Below the pieces are notes generated by a model that searched no databases, was not told the DNA's origin, and was given only the letters and a program-made list of their open reading frames with translations. DNA of 63,188 nt, the filler included, from Octopus bimaculoides (Eukaryota): assembly GCF_001194135.2 (NCBI RefSeq). It is 7 parts of 6 records of this genome, joined end to end, with 100 filler letters (N's around TTAATTAATTAA, not from the genome) between each part and the next. Parts side by side here need not be neighbours in the genome. Positions count along the whole stretch, not along the records: positions 22,446 to 30,668 come from NC_068988.1; positions 30,769 to 44,162 come from NC_068991.1; 5 more parts are not named here. One strand, given 5' to 3'. Every line of letters begins with the position of its first letter. Position 1 is the stretch's first letter. The position numbers and the translations under genes are program-made. This document shows positions 24,850 through 38,019 of this stretch, in pieces.

Positions 24850-25716
24850 AGATTTATTCTTGCATACAAGCTACCCAAAACTGTTTTAGATCATTTCATT
24901 AGCCTCATTGCTAATGTATCCTGATTCTAAGATTGCCAAAGGCATCAGGTGCATAAGAAATAAAAAAAAAACTTGTATCATTTGCTAATGAGGTTGGTTC
25001 ATGCACTTTGAATAATTAATTTATTGTCTAAGATAAATTCAACAATGTTCTCCCTCATTATAGATAAAATGACAGTAACTGATTGCTGCAACTCTAAAAT
25101 TTGAAAGACCAAGTGTTTTTCATGCTTCTGGAATTTGAAAACTGCACATTTATAATTATTTACACTCATTTTTCAAACACAGTAATATATTTTGTGGAAA
25201 CTTAATTGAATTTGCCAGTGTTATGATGGTGAAGTAGAAAAATCATAGGATATATTCAGCTTGGTGTTTGCCAATGTAGATTTAGAAGCATACATACATC
25301 TGTGTGCTTCTAAAGCTTGCAATGAAATACCACAGCATTTGGAAGAATTAGCAAGAAATATATTTTTTCTAAATCTGAGTAGTGCAAAGTACCTAGATGG
25401 ATATAAGGAATTCAAAACATTTTAAAATTTCAGTCCTCACAAAATTCTTCATATTAGGTGCACAAGATGGCTTTCTTTGAAACAAGTACAAAGAATTTTG
25501 AAGTGGCCAGAGCTTTTAATTTTTACATCAGCAACATTAAAAAATGGTATTCAAATGGCTTTTAGAATTTTAGAAGAATTACAAAGTCCCATGATAAAAA
25601 TGTATTTTGCTTACATTTTAATGAGCATTAAGCTAAATTTGAGATTTCAAGCAGAAACATTTAGAAGTCACAAGTTAAGAAATTCCATTAACACTCGATT
25701 GAAAGCTTTCACATGA
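24850..25716 (+). mobile_element. hAT-superfamily transposase remnant
   Basis: DHFISLIANV.PDSKIAK, MFSLIID, HLCASKACNEIPQHLEELARNI, KEF..F..PHKIL..CTRWLSLKQVQRILKWP; many indels. Confidence 0.8.
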
Positions 25717-25989
25717 AAAAAAAAAAAGGCAAATGTGAATCTATTATGTGAATCTATTATTAATTATATCTCCATAAAAGGTATGACTAGCTCCATGAAC
25801 TTAAATATATCACCATAAAAGGCATAAACACTTTCATGAATGTTTATCAACCAATCAGTATTGACTGGCATGTGATCAGTAAGGACAGTAGATCTATATT
25901 ATATTAAAAATGAACTGCTTGCTTGCTTGCAATGTTACACAGCCAAATCAGCGCATAAAGGGAAAATACTTTGAAAGGAAAGTGCCCCT

Positions 25990-26950
25990 GAAATGTGAAT
26001 AGAAATGAAATAAAACCAGTTTTGTGTAAATTGGGCCAGTGGTTATTGAGATATTCAGGGTTTTGGGGGTATAAATACCCAAAACTCCATAAATTACAGT
26101 TAAGATGCTCTTCAGTAGACTGAATCTAATTCTTGTTCTTATATAGTTCAGAACATCAGAGTATCTTTCATTTTGTTTCTCAGCAATTAAGAAAGAAATC
26201 CTCTTGTGATGCTTACTAGCTTCCTCTCCTGATGTAGACATGACTATAGGAATGAACGAGCCCTTTTCTATTTGGAGCACTAGATCATTGTAATATCTTT
26301 TCTTCTTCCATTCATGTTTTGCATAAACCCAAGACAAATTCTTGTTTATATATGTAGGTACATTTGGATGCATAACACTGATGTTCAACAATGTTTTTTT
26401 CAAGGGGACCCCAAACTCCAATTCCAGACAACATCTAACCATGATTTTTCAGCAGTATTGCAATTTCTCATCAGGTTTGTGTCTAGTGGGAGGAGTTTGG
26501 TTTTCACCTTCACATCAATTATACCTCAAAGACCCAAACACAATTATGTCTTATAGACACAAATCCACCCCACTTTCTGCATGAGAGGGCATGGTCAATG
26601 TTGTCTTAGAGTCACACTGGCAGTAACTTTGTGTTTGGGATTTTCCATCAGTACCTGTAATTTTTACTCCTGTACCAGCAAAGATTTCATTTGCCCTTGG
26701 TTCAAATCAATCTTTTACAATTAACAATATTTTCAGAGTAATGGGACAGGCCATATTTAGGACCAGTAGTGTAAAGTTCATCCCACCATTCTGTTTAGTA
26801 TTGATTAAAATCATTTCTGTTTTGCAGTGCAAATATTTACATATCACATAATACATGTTTCTTATTACAATTAATTCACTGTACATATGTAAATACATAT
26901 GTATTGAAACAATATAAGGAAATGCATAACATTGTTGGGTCATTCATTCA
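25990..26950 (-). mobile_element. CRE-like REL non-LTR retrotransposon remnant (RT piece, zinc knuckle, REL)
   Basis: WWDELYTTGPKYG, NIDHALSCRKWGGFVSIRHN, and ORF 25948-26442 YAKHE.KKKRYY..QIEKGSFIPIVMSTSG..KRIS..YSDVLNYIRTRIRFSLLKS. Confidence 0.8.
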
Positions 26951-27282
26951 TGTTTTAGTACCCAGCTTCCTACTTCTACCTCGTCTTCTACCTAAATACC
27001 ATAACCAAACCAACAAAATGTTTCTTATGTGATATGTTAACAAATTCAGAACTGCTTCAAGCTTTTGATTCAATTAAACGTTAACTGAATTTGATAATAC
27101 TGTATTTCCCATGGTTTTAAATTATGATTACTATGAACAAATGAATAGGGATGGAACTTTTAATACACAAAATGCACTAGAGAAGTATTGTTTTACTTCG
27201 TTTTGGTATCTGGTTTGCAAGATTCTTTATATGAATTCATGTGTTGAAACAAATTTTGTCGAGTCTAGAGAGATTCATTATG

Positions 27283-27494
27283 CCAATATAATTAACACAC
27301 ACACACTGGTTCAATTCTACTCATTAAATACCTGATTGTTTTGTTTTTGTTTGTCAAAGCTCTTACATTACTTCTTGCAATCTTTGTCATTGAAAGGGTA
27401 GCAAGAAGCAACAAAAGAGCTTTGACAGACAAAAACAAAACAATCGGATATCTAATAAATGAGTGGAATTGAACCAGTATGTTAATTATATTGG
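27283..27494. repeat. Long hairpin, ~95-bp arms and 22-nt loop
   Basis: 27283-27378 is the reverse complement of 27401-27494 (e.g. GATTGTTTTGTTTTTGTTTGTCAAAGCTCTT / AAGAGCTTTGACAGACAAAAACAAAACAATC). Confidence 0.85.
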
Positions 27495-29329
27495 GATAAT
27501 GATCCCACCCCCCACCCCGCCAGATACAACAAAATATTAGTTTGTTCTCAAGAAAAATAAGGTTCTTAAGAAATGCTTGCTTTAGGGGTGGGGGGGGTCA
27601 GTTAAACTCTGACATGAAAAATATAAAATTTTAAAAAAAAGCTGGTTCCATAGACTCGCATGGAATCGTACATGATAATACTTAAAACACACATCCAGAG
27701 AAATTTAGTTTCTAGTGCAGTAGATAATTTCCAATTCGAAACTCTAGCAATGCCTATTTATTTTCTTTCGGATTTCCTTTACAAAAAAAAAAAAAATCAT
27801 TCAGACTTCACAAATCCATATTAATCAAGTACCTTACGGATTAATTTTATTAACCTTCACACAATCATTGTCAAGGCCGCAGTTCGTGCAAACTACGGTC
27901 ACTGACAAGTAGTTTCCCTTTCTGCTCTGTAAGCCAAAAAGATTGCTATAAAACATTTCCAGTCCAACCTGCCTCCAAAATAGTTTGCCAATTCCAGGAC
28001 TAAGACGTCTGTATCTTTTATTATGCTATTTATGCTTCTGTACACTTTTATTTNNNNNNNNNNAAGCTTTACACCACTAACTCTTATTTGTTCTACCTGT
28101 ATACTTTCCACGCATACTTCTGCATATAGCATTCCATCTAATTTGACTGAACGTTCCAGTTTATTGATTTGTGTTATATTTTATTTGTATCTCGAAAAAC
28201 GTGTCCAAGCGCTAAATACAAACGCAAACGGACTCGCAATATCCCAAATATAGCATTACTACACATATCAAAGTCGAATGAAGGACACGGCTTTTGTGTC
28301 TTTTTGATTTACTGATCTTCCGCCGAACAGATACAAAGAAGCACATCAAAGTAAAAAAAAAAAAAACCTCTCACATGCAGGGAGAAGTTTTTTGAAGAAC
28401 GAGTGATTTACCAACGATTTTGATGGTAGAAAGATTTGTTCAAAATACATTAACAGGAAAAACATACATGACAGGAAGAGATTTTAACAAGTAAAAAAAC
28501 GTGTGATTTCCAACAATTTTTCACTTTCATAGTAGGGCGGGTGAAAAATTTACAATATGTGTGTGTGAGTGTGTATTGTCGGGGGTCGGGACATACAAGT
28601 TTCTCAAACTTTTAGAGAGTCAGAGAGAATGAACATTCATGAGCTCATCAAGCTATTTTGACTACACTGAAAATTGTCGAATTAATTATTAATGTTCAAC
28701 ATCAAAAATACCACCAGAATAAAATATGAAAATTCGCGAACTAGTTCTAGAGAAAACTTATTTGTACACCAATATATTAGTATGTTTGCTTTGAGATGAC
28801 AACTCGGTATAACAAAAAATTAAATTATAGAAGCACAAAGGCTATAAGACCAAAATTAAAACCGTATTTTCAATTACAAATATCAAGCTTTTATAGATTA
28901 TATGCAGCTTCTTGATAAGGCCAAAAATTTATTTCAGCATGTAACCATTGCAAAAATATTTCATGTTATATAGTCTCACCTGCATAAGTAGTCTTTGAAT
29001 TCTTTGCTTTTTAATGAACTAAGCATCCGTTGAAAGAGAACATTGGCCATGTTTGTTGCTTGTGATAAATAGACGTTCGCAAGAGTTATCGCCCTTCCAC
29101 ATCGCCATCTCAGTTAATTAGCATTTTTTTTTTTTTTTTAATAACATAGTTCGTGGTAAAAAAAAAATTAGATTGAAAGGTATAACAAACATATTTTGAG
29201 GTAGAAACTATTGGAATTCTAATATTGTCGGCCACCCAGACTTTGTTTCCTCATAGCTTTCAGAAAAATGCATATTTTTAACTGCTAAATTTTTCCAGAA
29301 ATATGCTTTAGAGGGTGTAAATATAAATC

Positions 29330-29668
29330 ATCATCATCATCGTTTAATGTCCGCTTTCCATGCTAGCTTGGGTTGGACGATTTGACTGAGGACTGGCAAG
29401 CCAGAAGGCTGCACCAGGCTCCAATCTGATCTCACAGTTTCTACAGCTGGATGCCCTTCCTAACGCCAACCACTCCGAGAGTGTAGTGGGTGCTTTTACG
29501 TGCCACCGGCACGAGAGCCAGTCAAACGGTACTGGCAACGGCTACGCTCAAAAGGGTGTTTTTTACTTGCCACCTGCATGGGAGCCAGTCCAGTGGCACT
29601 GGCAACTACCTCGCTCAAATGATTTTCTAACGTGCCACCAGCACAAGTGCTAGAAGGCAACGCTGGTA
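29330..29668 (-). mobile_element. SINE-like element with RTE-type 3' tail and (ATG)n end (family D)
   Basis: Minus-strand end GGCGTTAGGAAGGGCATCCAGCTGTAGAAAC..CGTCCAACCC..GGACATTAAACGATGATGATG; homologous to 59190-59565 and 62805-63188. Confidence 0.8.
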
Positions 29669-29745
29669 TGTTGCTAAAATTTAAGCGGGGAAAAAGCTTT
29701 GTTTTCTCATAACTTTTTGAAAAATACATATTTTGAATGAAACTT

Positions 29746-30101
29746 GGTGCTACTTTAACATGTGATCTACAACTTTAAGGGCGATTACTTTAGGTTACTT
29801 TTTAGCTTACTTTTCAATTTCAGATGTTGGCTAAAGATTTTTTACAATAAATTCTTTTGTACATACTTAGCATTGTAAATGTGTTTGTTTTTTTTAATTC
29901 TTAATATTTTAATAATAATATAACCATATTTCATTTATGTCTTAGCAAATAATGATAAGAAACCAAGAATAAACAATATAACAATTAAAATAAGCGCATA
30001 GATCACAGTTTGGCAGCAGCAAGTTTTGCAATGTAAAGAAACTAAAAACTAACCTAAAGTAATCGCCCTTCAAGTTGTAGATCACACTCCAAAGTAGCAC
30101 C
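29746..30101. repeat. Inverted repeat, ~52-bp arms, MITE-like
   Basis: GGTGCTACTTT..TGTGATCTACAACTT.AAGGGCGATTACTTTAGGTTA (29746-29797) pairs with 30050-30101. Confidence 0.75.
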
Positions 30102-30154
30102 TGAAAATTTGTAGAGGCATATTTTCAGGAGTCTAGATTATGATTATCTTTTAG

Positions 30155-30500
30155 CATTTACTTGTTTCAGTCATTAGACTGCAGCTATGTTTAAAAAATT
30201 TTAGTCGAACAAATCAACCCCACTATTCATTTTTTTAAGCCTGATACTTATTCTGTGGGATTCTTTAGCTGAACCGCTAGATTACGGGGACGTTAACACA
30301 CCATCACCGGTTGTCAAGTGATGGTGGGACACAGACACTCACACACACACATATACGTGATGGGTTTCGTTTAGTTTCTGTCAACCAAATCAACTCACAA
30401 GGCCTTGGTTGGCCCGAGGCAATAGTAAATGACACTTACCCAAGTTTCCATGCAATGAGACTAAACCTAGAACTATGTGATATGGAAGCAAACTTCTTTA
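30155..30500 (-). mobile_element. SINE family A, diverged copy
   Basis: Reverse complement of the family A body and tail (TTGTTTCAGTCATT..CCGGTTGTCAAG..CTCACAAGGCCTTGGTTGGCCCGAGGC). Confidence 0.8.
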
Positions 30501-30668
30501 TTTCATAAAATTAACCACAAGGGCTTTACACAGAAGCAATTGTGAGCTGGACAAGATACAAAAATAATATGAATGAAAACAAATAGATGATACTAATGGG
30601 GGAAGACAGACGATGCCTGCCGATCGCTGCTTCCTGAAAACATTGTTCTCTTTTTTTTTTTTTTTTTT

Positions 30669-30768
30669 NNNNNNNNNNNNNNNNNNNNNNNNNNNNNNNN
30701 NNNNNNNNNNNNTTAATTAATTAANNNNNNNNNNNNNNNNNNNNNNNNNNNNNNNNNNNNNNNNNNNN
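30669..30768. other. Artificial scaffold-joining spacer 3
   Basis: 44 N + TTAATTAATTAA + 44 N. Confidence 0.97.
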
Positions 30769-30833
<65 letters not shown>

Positions 30834-31614
30834 TAATCATCGCATTTACATTATATTTGTGTGTTACTAATAATTGATAAATCTATTACCTGTATATAAT
30901 AAGTATGGAAAACAGGCAGCTCCTCAATGATCGCAAGCTTCGCACTATTTGAGAAAAGGTTTTAGTGTAACTCCAGTATCATCATTACGTGGATAGAAAT
31001 CAACGAATCAAATTGCTGCGTGAAATCAAGATCTTAAGTCTTCCGAAGGGAAATGTTTGACAATCCTTATTTTTTTTAATACGTTCGTTAACATACTTCA
31101 ATAACAAACAATATATATTTAAATCATTCCATTTGAAACATTGACGTCACATGTGGTGTGTGGCGTGTGCTGAGTGCGCAAGATGGTCAAGGACCTGAGG
31201 ACAGTGGATGCAGGTTGTGCGCTTGTACTCCTAAAATTTCTGTTGGGTGCAAAATCAGAATTTGCACCTCCTACATACCTTTGCCAGGTTTAGAGGATAG
31301 TGTTTAAAAATTGATCTGATAAAGCCTCAAAACAAGACAAAGGACAAATATAAATAAATAAATAAATAAATAAAAAAAGGCCAAAATGTTTACTGGCGAA
31401 GACGGCCATAAAATTCGCAAGGGAAATTCCCTAGAAATATATATTACTGAACTGAAGCAGTATCAACATTAAAATTAAATACATACATACATATATCTTC
31501 TCCCGCCACTTTTCACTTCACTGTGTCCCTGTCATTTTTTCTCGCCCTTCCTTAATTCTTTTGTACCTCTGCCTCTACCTCTCTCTCTTCTCTTCTCACG
31601 TGACCGGTGTTCGG

Positions 31615-32070
31615 CCAGGTCTGACCTTTCTTTCTTGGGCAACCGTTGAGCATGCAACATCGTTATTCCGCCCTGTGCCTGTGAAACCTTGCATCCCGGC
31701 TGTAAGGCCTTATTTCTATATACGCCAGCTTAATTTTATTCGTCCAGTCGAAAGACATCTGTTGTTATGTCCCATTATTATTCCTACTGTATTTGTATAA
31801 TATTGTTCGTTTTTTTCCCGTCCTTGTTTTTGTATACATTCGCTGCCTTCTTCCAAGGAATCTAATGCTCTTAGCTTAGTTTTTCCTTGGGGATGGCCAG
31901 ATTGGAGCAATATCAAGAATAACCAGCGGAAATTGCAAAGATAATTTGGATCTCGACCGAAGAGAGAAAACTCCGAATGAGCTGTCCGTGTTTTCTTTGT
32001 ATCGTCTATCTGAATGTTTTGTCCCTTTCTTGTATCACCTAAATGTCTTGATGTTTTGCGTTCTTGTCCC
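31615..32070 (+). repeat. Dispersed repeat of uncertain class (possibly Penelope terminal region); second copy at 58920-59192
   Basis: CTGACCTTTCTTTCTTGG..GCCAGCTTAATTT..TTCCAAGGAATCTAATGC.TTAGCTTAGTTTTTCCTTG is colinear in both copies. Confidence 0.65.
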
Positions 32071-33335
32071 ATTCTATAATATATATGTAGTGAAACTACC
32101 TATCGTCACTAGATACAAAACTACTATCGCCATTACATACAATCTTCTCATTTAAATATAAATAAATGCGAGCGTAGTAGAGAACCCATTCCTTGTCATC
32201 ACGTGACTGATTATTATTCGAATCGGCAAATTNNNNNNNNNNNNNNNNNNNNNNNNNNNNNNNNNNNNNNNNNNNNNNNNNNNNNNNNNNNNNNNNNNNN
32301 NNNNNNNNNNNNNNNNNNNNNNNNNNNNNNNNNNNNNNNNNNNNNNNNNNNNNNNNNNNNNNNNNNNNNNNNNNNNNNNNNNNNNNNNNNNNNNNNNNNN
32401 NNNNNNNNNNNNNNNNNNNNNNNNNNNNNNNNNNNNNNNNNNNNNNNNNNNNNNNNNNNNNNNNNNNNNNNNNNNNNNNNNNNNNNNNNNNNNNNNNNNN
32501 NNNNNNNNNNNNNNNNNNNNNNNNNNNNNNNNNNNNNNNNNNNNNNNNNNNNNNNNNNNNNNNNNNNNNNNNNNNNNNNNNNNNNNNNNNNNNNNNNNNN
32601 NNNNNNNNNNNNNNNNNNNNNNNNNNNNNNNNNNNNNNNNNNNNNNNNNNNNNNNNNNNNNNNNNNNNNNNNNNNNNNNNNNNNNNNNNNNNNNNNNNNN
32701 NNNNNNNNNNNNNNNNNNNNNNNNNNNNNNNNNNNNNNNNNNNNNNNNNNNNNNNNNNNNNNNNNNNNNNNNNNNNNNNNNNNNNNNNNNNNNNNNNNNN
32801 NNNNNNNNNNNNNNNNNNNNNNNNNNNNNNNNNNNNNNNNNNNNNNNNNNNNNNNNNNNNNNNNNNNNNNNNNNNNNNNNNNNNNNNNNNNNNNNNNNNN
32901 NNNNNNNNNNNNNNNNNNNNNNNNNNNNNNNNNNNNNNNNNNNNNNNNNNNNNNNNNNNNNNNNNNNNNNNNNNNNNNNNNNNNNNNNNNNNNNNNNNNN
33001 NNNNNNNNNNNNNNNNNNNNNNNNNNNNNNNNNNNNNNNNNNNNNNNNNNNNNNNNNNNNACGGTCTGTCTTTGATTATGTTCTTATATGTCGCATTCAC
33101 ACTCTCACACAGACATACATCTTTAACGCTATAATAAATATCTCTGTTATTCATCTAATACGGTTGTGGTCTTTCATTACTGGTCATCTATGTTATCGTC
33201 GCATAACATATCATCTATATCATCATTTGATATATATATTTTGTGTTCGACCGTGTGACGCGTTTAAATAAAAGGAGTCCTGTTTTTCCATTCGTCACCA
33301 TTTCTCCTTTTTGAGTTCGCACGGTCATCCCTTAC

Positions 33336-33366
<31 letters not shown>

Positions 33367-33399
33367 ACAGCAGCTGCAGCAGTAACAACAACAACGTGA

Positions 33400-36300
33400 C
33401 TAGTGGGCACAGCCACTCCTCACTGCTTGCACACTTGATGACCCATCCACAATCAACAGCCCTTCACAGTCCAGCTACCCACGTTCCTCAATTCTTCTGA
33501 ATACTACAACTGACCCATTATCAGCATTGCCACCATGTTCTACTGCTACAACTCTTACCACAACTAAACAACAAGATTAGCAGTCACATTCACACCTCAA
33601 TACTATTAAACAACACAGTTCGCTAGCTTTAGTCCGGCCACTCAAATTCCTCACTCTCTCAGAATAACACAAGAGATTCATCATCACCATTGTCATCCTA
33701 TTCTACTGCTCCTACATCATCACTATTACTACTCTAATCAGTGAAGAATCACGCCTTTATTCTCCCCCCCCCATCCCACTGTCCACCTCAATCTGAATGT
33801 ATACCTCACAGCTTCAGGATAAAAGTGTTAATTGTAAATAAAGTAAAATCTATGAACACATGAAACCTCAAAAATGCCTCTGTTCTCAAAGTGAGAGACT
33901 ATGCATACGTAGTGACTGCAACTTCACCCATTTACCTGGAACAAAACGCACAGTTCGTACAAGTAACACAAGCCAACGCCAAAGCACACATCTTACTATA
34001 TCACCACGACCACGACCACCACTAAATATTAAATCAAACTTAATAGCTTCCACACAGGTAACTCGGAATCCTAAAATCTACCGCTATTCCCAGCGTGAAA
34101 GATTATGCCTGAAGCATGACTGTCCCTTCACTAATATTTCAGGGACTCAACACACTATTAAATGTATGACGCCAAGTCACCCTCAAATCTACAGTAGACA
34201 CATCTCTTAGAGTGATAATGTTGGTCCAGACTTTCACCGAAACTCAGAAGTCACCAAGATATCGCCCGGGATAAATAGTAAAACAATACCGGCAAACCAT
34301 AACCATATCCAACTGTGCAACCGTAATAACTCCAGAGGACAACCCCTTCCAAAACACAAAATTTCATTTTTAATCATGATGAATCTGGCAAAAGAAATCA
34401 AAAACAACCTTCTAGCTCTCACACAGCACCAACCACTGCTATTACCTCAGTGCACAAGAACACACCATTGCTGTCATTAACCCACAAATTCAACCCAGTA
34501 TTAATGCTGGATGTACAAGGTCTCTTACACTTCACAGATCGAACAAAAGTATATCTTAGAGACTTTACACTCAGAGAAAAGACAATGTGTGTAGCACTTG
34601 GCAAAACACACCTGACACCAAACATATTGGATGCAGATGTACATTACATATATCAGGTTATGTATTATACAGAACTGACAACAAAATACGGAAACAAGGA
34701 GGGGTAACGTCTGCTAACAAACGTCCTCCTCTCCTACTCCCACACACTGTGCGATGTACTAACACTGCTTGTCATCGACCTCAATATGATCATAGGCATT
34801 ACCTACCTTCCTCCTGATGCGGTTAGTCATGGAGATCATTTCAGGGATGCTTTGTCGCTCATAAGTCTAACCCTAGGTGAGGCCAGCCCACTGACCAATG
34901 TACTTTTAACAGTGGACTTTAATTTTCTTAGTCTTAGCCGATCCGAGGGTTATATCCAACCTGGAACTAAACAACTCAAAAGGAGGGATGTGAACACTCT
35001 TCTCGATACCACAAAAAACTTTCTCATACAACAAATCATCACCTGTCTAATTAGGGGAAATAACATACTCGACCTAATCTTTACTTCTAAATCAGACTTC
35101 ATTCACAATGTTCAGGTCATTCCCACAGCTATTTCCGACCACAGCATTATACAATTATCTGTATATGGTACAAAGAGGGCAACACACACAAATAACATCA
35201 AATACGACTCATCCTTTACGAACTTGAATTTCAGGAAGGCCAAGGCGAAAGAAATCGAAACTGAAATCCTCGAAACAAACTGGTCTCAGCATATTAGCAA
35301 CTTCTATATTATCGAGGGAATGAAGTTTTTGTACGAAGAGCTAATCAGGATCTGTCGAAAGTCTTCTCCATATAAACGCCCATTCCCACAAGAACTTGAT
35401 TCAACGAGATAGACGGAAACTAATGCGTAACAGAACCAAATTAACAAAACAACTAAAAAAAAAAACTCTCTCAAAATAAGAAAATAAAGAATATCGAACT
35501 CGACCGAAAGCTAACCCATGAAAAAGAAACATCGCAAAGGGAATACTGATCAGTGGAAAATATAAAATCTATTCCTAAGCTCTTGTAGTGGCGCGAAATT
35601 ATGGCCGCCATTAAGGAAGTACAATCTACGCATGCGCAAGGGACTTGCCTTCCCGGAAGCCCCTCGAGTGCGCATGCGTAGTAAAACCAGTACTTAAAGC
35701 TCTTCGCGCGCTTTCTAACCCTTTTTAGCGCGATGCCTTCGATGTAACAACAACTTGCTCCTCTCAGATGCCTCAACGAAGCTTTTAATATCCAGATGCC
35801 GATTACAACTTAACCAGCGGCTGCTAAGCTAAAATGACACAGAATCTGTAAAGCCAAGCATCACCAAAATAAAACTTATTTTATTACGTTAATTGTTCTA
35901 CTGTTTCCTTAATATATAATTTTGTTGAAAGGTGATAGGGAGAGACTAATGTCTCTATTGCAACTATCAGCCTTTTACACTCTTTTTCCACTTTGTTAAA
36001 CGGAAATCCTCTACACATAACCTGAATGGCTCTCTAATGGACCAAAATGGACCATAATCCAATGATCCATCACAAATATGCACATTCTTGAGTCAACAAT
36101 ATAACAGTGTATTTTCTCAATCAACAGCTAACAAAATAGTACATAAACCAAAATAATCTTTGATCAGCAGAACTCAACTGTTGAGACAAATGTAAAAATG
36201 ATATCATGGAAGATGACATGCTTGCATCTATTAATGACTTAGATTCAAACTCAGCATCTGGATCAGATGGTCACCCAGCCATACTGTAAAAAAAACGTGC

Positions 36301-37435
36301 AAAACAGCCTCGTGAAACTATTAAAGATACTATTTCAAAACTCGCTAGATACCGGCGAATTTATAGAACTGCTGAAAGACGCAATAATAATACCTCTACA
36401 CAAAGGAGGCAACATGGCTGAAACTAAAAATTACATACATGTTTCACTCACATCTCACACATCTAAAATTATCAAATGCTTTTTCCGAAAAGTAATAATT
36501 ATATACCTTCGGGGAAAAAAACCCTCTTAGATGACACACACCATGGTTTTCGGACAGGACAAAGTTGCTTGTCACAGCTATTACAGCACCATGGCACTAT
36601 CCTAAATAAGCTCTTGGACACTGAAAGCGTATACCTTGATTTTGTTAAGGCTTTTGACAAGATCGATCAAGGAATCATCTGTTATAAGTTAAGGGATCTT
36701 GGTATAAAAAGAAAACTCGTGAAACTGCTCTTTAACTTCCTATGCGGTAGGGGTCAATCTGTTGCTGAAAATGTTATTTCTTCTGCTAAGTCACTTGTAA
36801 TAAGTGGTATACTTCAGGGAACAGTTCTAGTACCATTATTATTTATCATCACCATATCAGGTATAGCGTCACAAGTGCACTCGGCTAACCTAACGAGTTA
36901 CACCGATGACAAAAATATCGATGGCTATGAGCTAAACCTCATTTATCAATGGGCAGATAGAAACAATATGAAATTTAGTACATCAAGATCTCAGGTAATT
37001 CATTACGGAGAGAATACACACGAATCACAATATTTGACACCAGATGTCACAGGGATCCAGAGCGTTAATGATATACGGAACTTAGGAGTAATCATATCAA
37101 ATGATGCATCTTTCATCAGCCACATCACCAAACTGACCTCTAAATGCAAACATCGCATAGGATGTCACAAACCTCGTGTCACAAACCTCTTGTCACGAAC
37201 CTCGTGACAAGAGAACCAGTAGTTATGCTGATTCTATGAAAAGCATTAGTTCTGAACAGATTAGATTACTGCTCACAGCTTTGGTCTCCTAACTCATCCG
37301 GTTTCATGGAAGAAACTAAAAGATTACAAAGAACATTCACCAGTAATATACTTTCGGTTAAAAGCCTTAATTACTGGGAACGTTCGAAAGCGTTGCATCT
37401 CTGCTCTCTTGAACACAGAAGAGAGAGAGATAAAC
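33400..37435 (+). mobile_element. CR1-clade LINE, near full length but decayed (ORF1 remnant, APE endonuclease, RT)
   Basis: ORF1-like C..C.F.H.PGT repeats; APE: HISGYVLYRTD..GGV, DFNF, GNNILDLIFT, SDHSII; RT: PLHKGG..KNY, HGFRTG.SCLSQLL, YLDFVKAFDK, QGTVLVPLLF, YTDD; C-terminus LDYCSQLWSP..LNYWER. Confidence 0.92.
35586..35730. promoter_or_regulatory. CpG-rich cluster of housekeeping-promoter-like motifs inside an insertion in the CR1
   Basis: E2F-like GGCGCGAAA (35590), YY1-like AATGGCGGCCAT (minus, 35601-35612), inverted NRF1-like CTACGCATGCGCA / TGCGCATGCGTAG (35626, 35669), ETS-like CCGGAAG (35653). Confidence 0.45.
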
Positions 37436-38019
37436 TATAAAAGCTTTTTCTGTTTGTATCAGAGAATTGAAACCGAATCTCCAAACAGCCAATTATAAGT
37501 CACAGCTTAGCCACAACGTTTTTACGTGATCTGCCAGACAAGTTTTGGCGCTAAATCTGAGAATGTGGGAAATCACCACCATAAAAACCACATTCGCTTC
37601 TTCGGCATTGAACTTCTTATTCGATCGACCAAACAGCAGCTACAGTTTGGCTATCATGAATTTAACATGATATTTCTCCAGTCTTGACAGCGTATTCAGA
37701 GAGCCTTGCTAACCAACAATTTTGTTATATACAGAATTGTCTGGTTATATTATTAATTCAAAACCAACATGGAAAATGTTTTTGCGAGGTGAATAAAGTT
37801 TCTATTAATTGTTCACGAATGTTGTGCATTGCTTACACGCAGCCAGAACCAAAGTCAACCACCATCACCTCCATATCATCCTTTCGATGATACATGACAA
37901 TTGGTAACATCTTGTAACACGTCTATAAGGGTGTTTTACCCAATCCCCTTGAAAAGAAATATGAAAGAAATTATTGTATACAGTGCTCAGCTGCACAACT
38001 AAAATTTTTTTTTTTTAAA

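Noticed and set aside
31950-31995. CCGAAGAGAG-AAAA-CTCCGAATG as a hammerhead
   Set aside because: Both core segments are altered and there is no stem I
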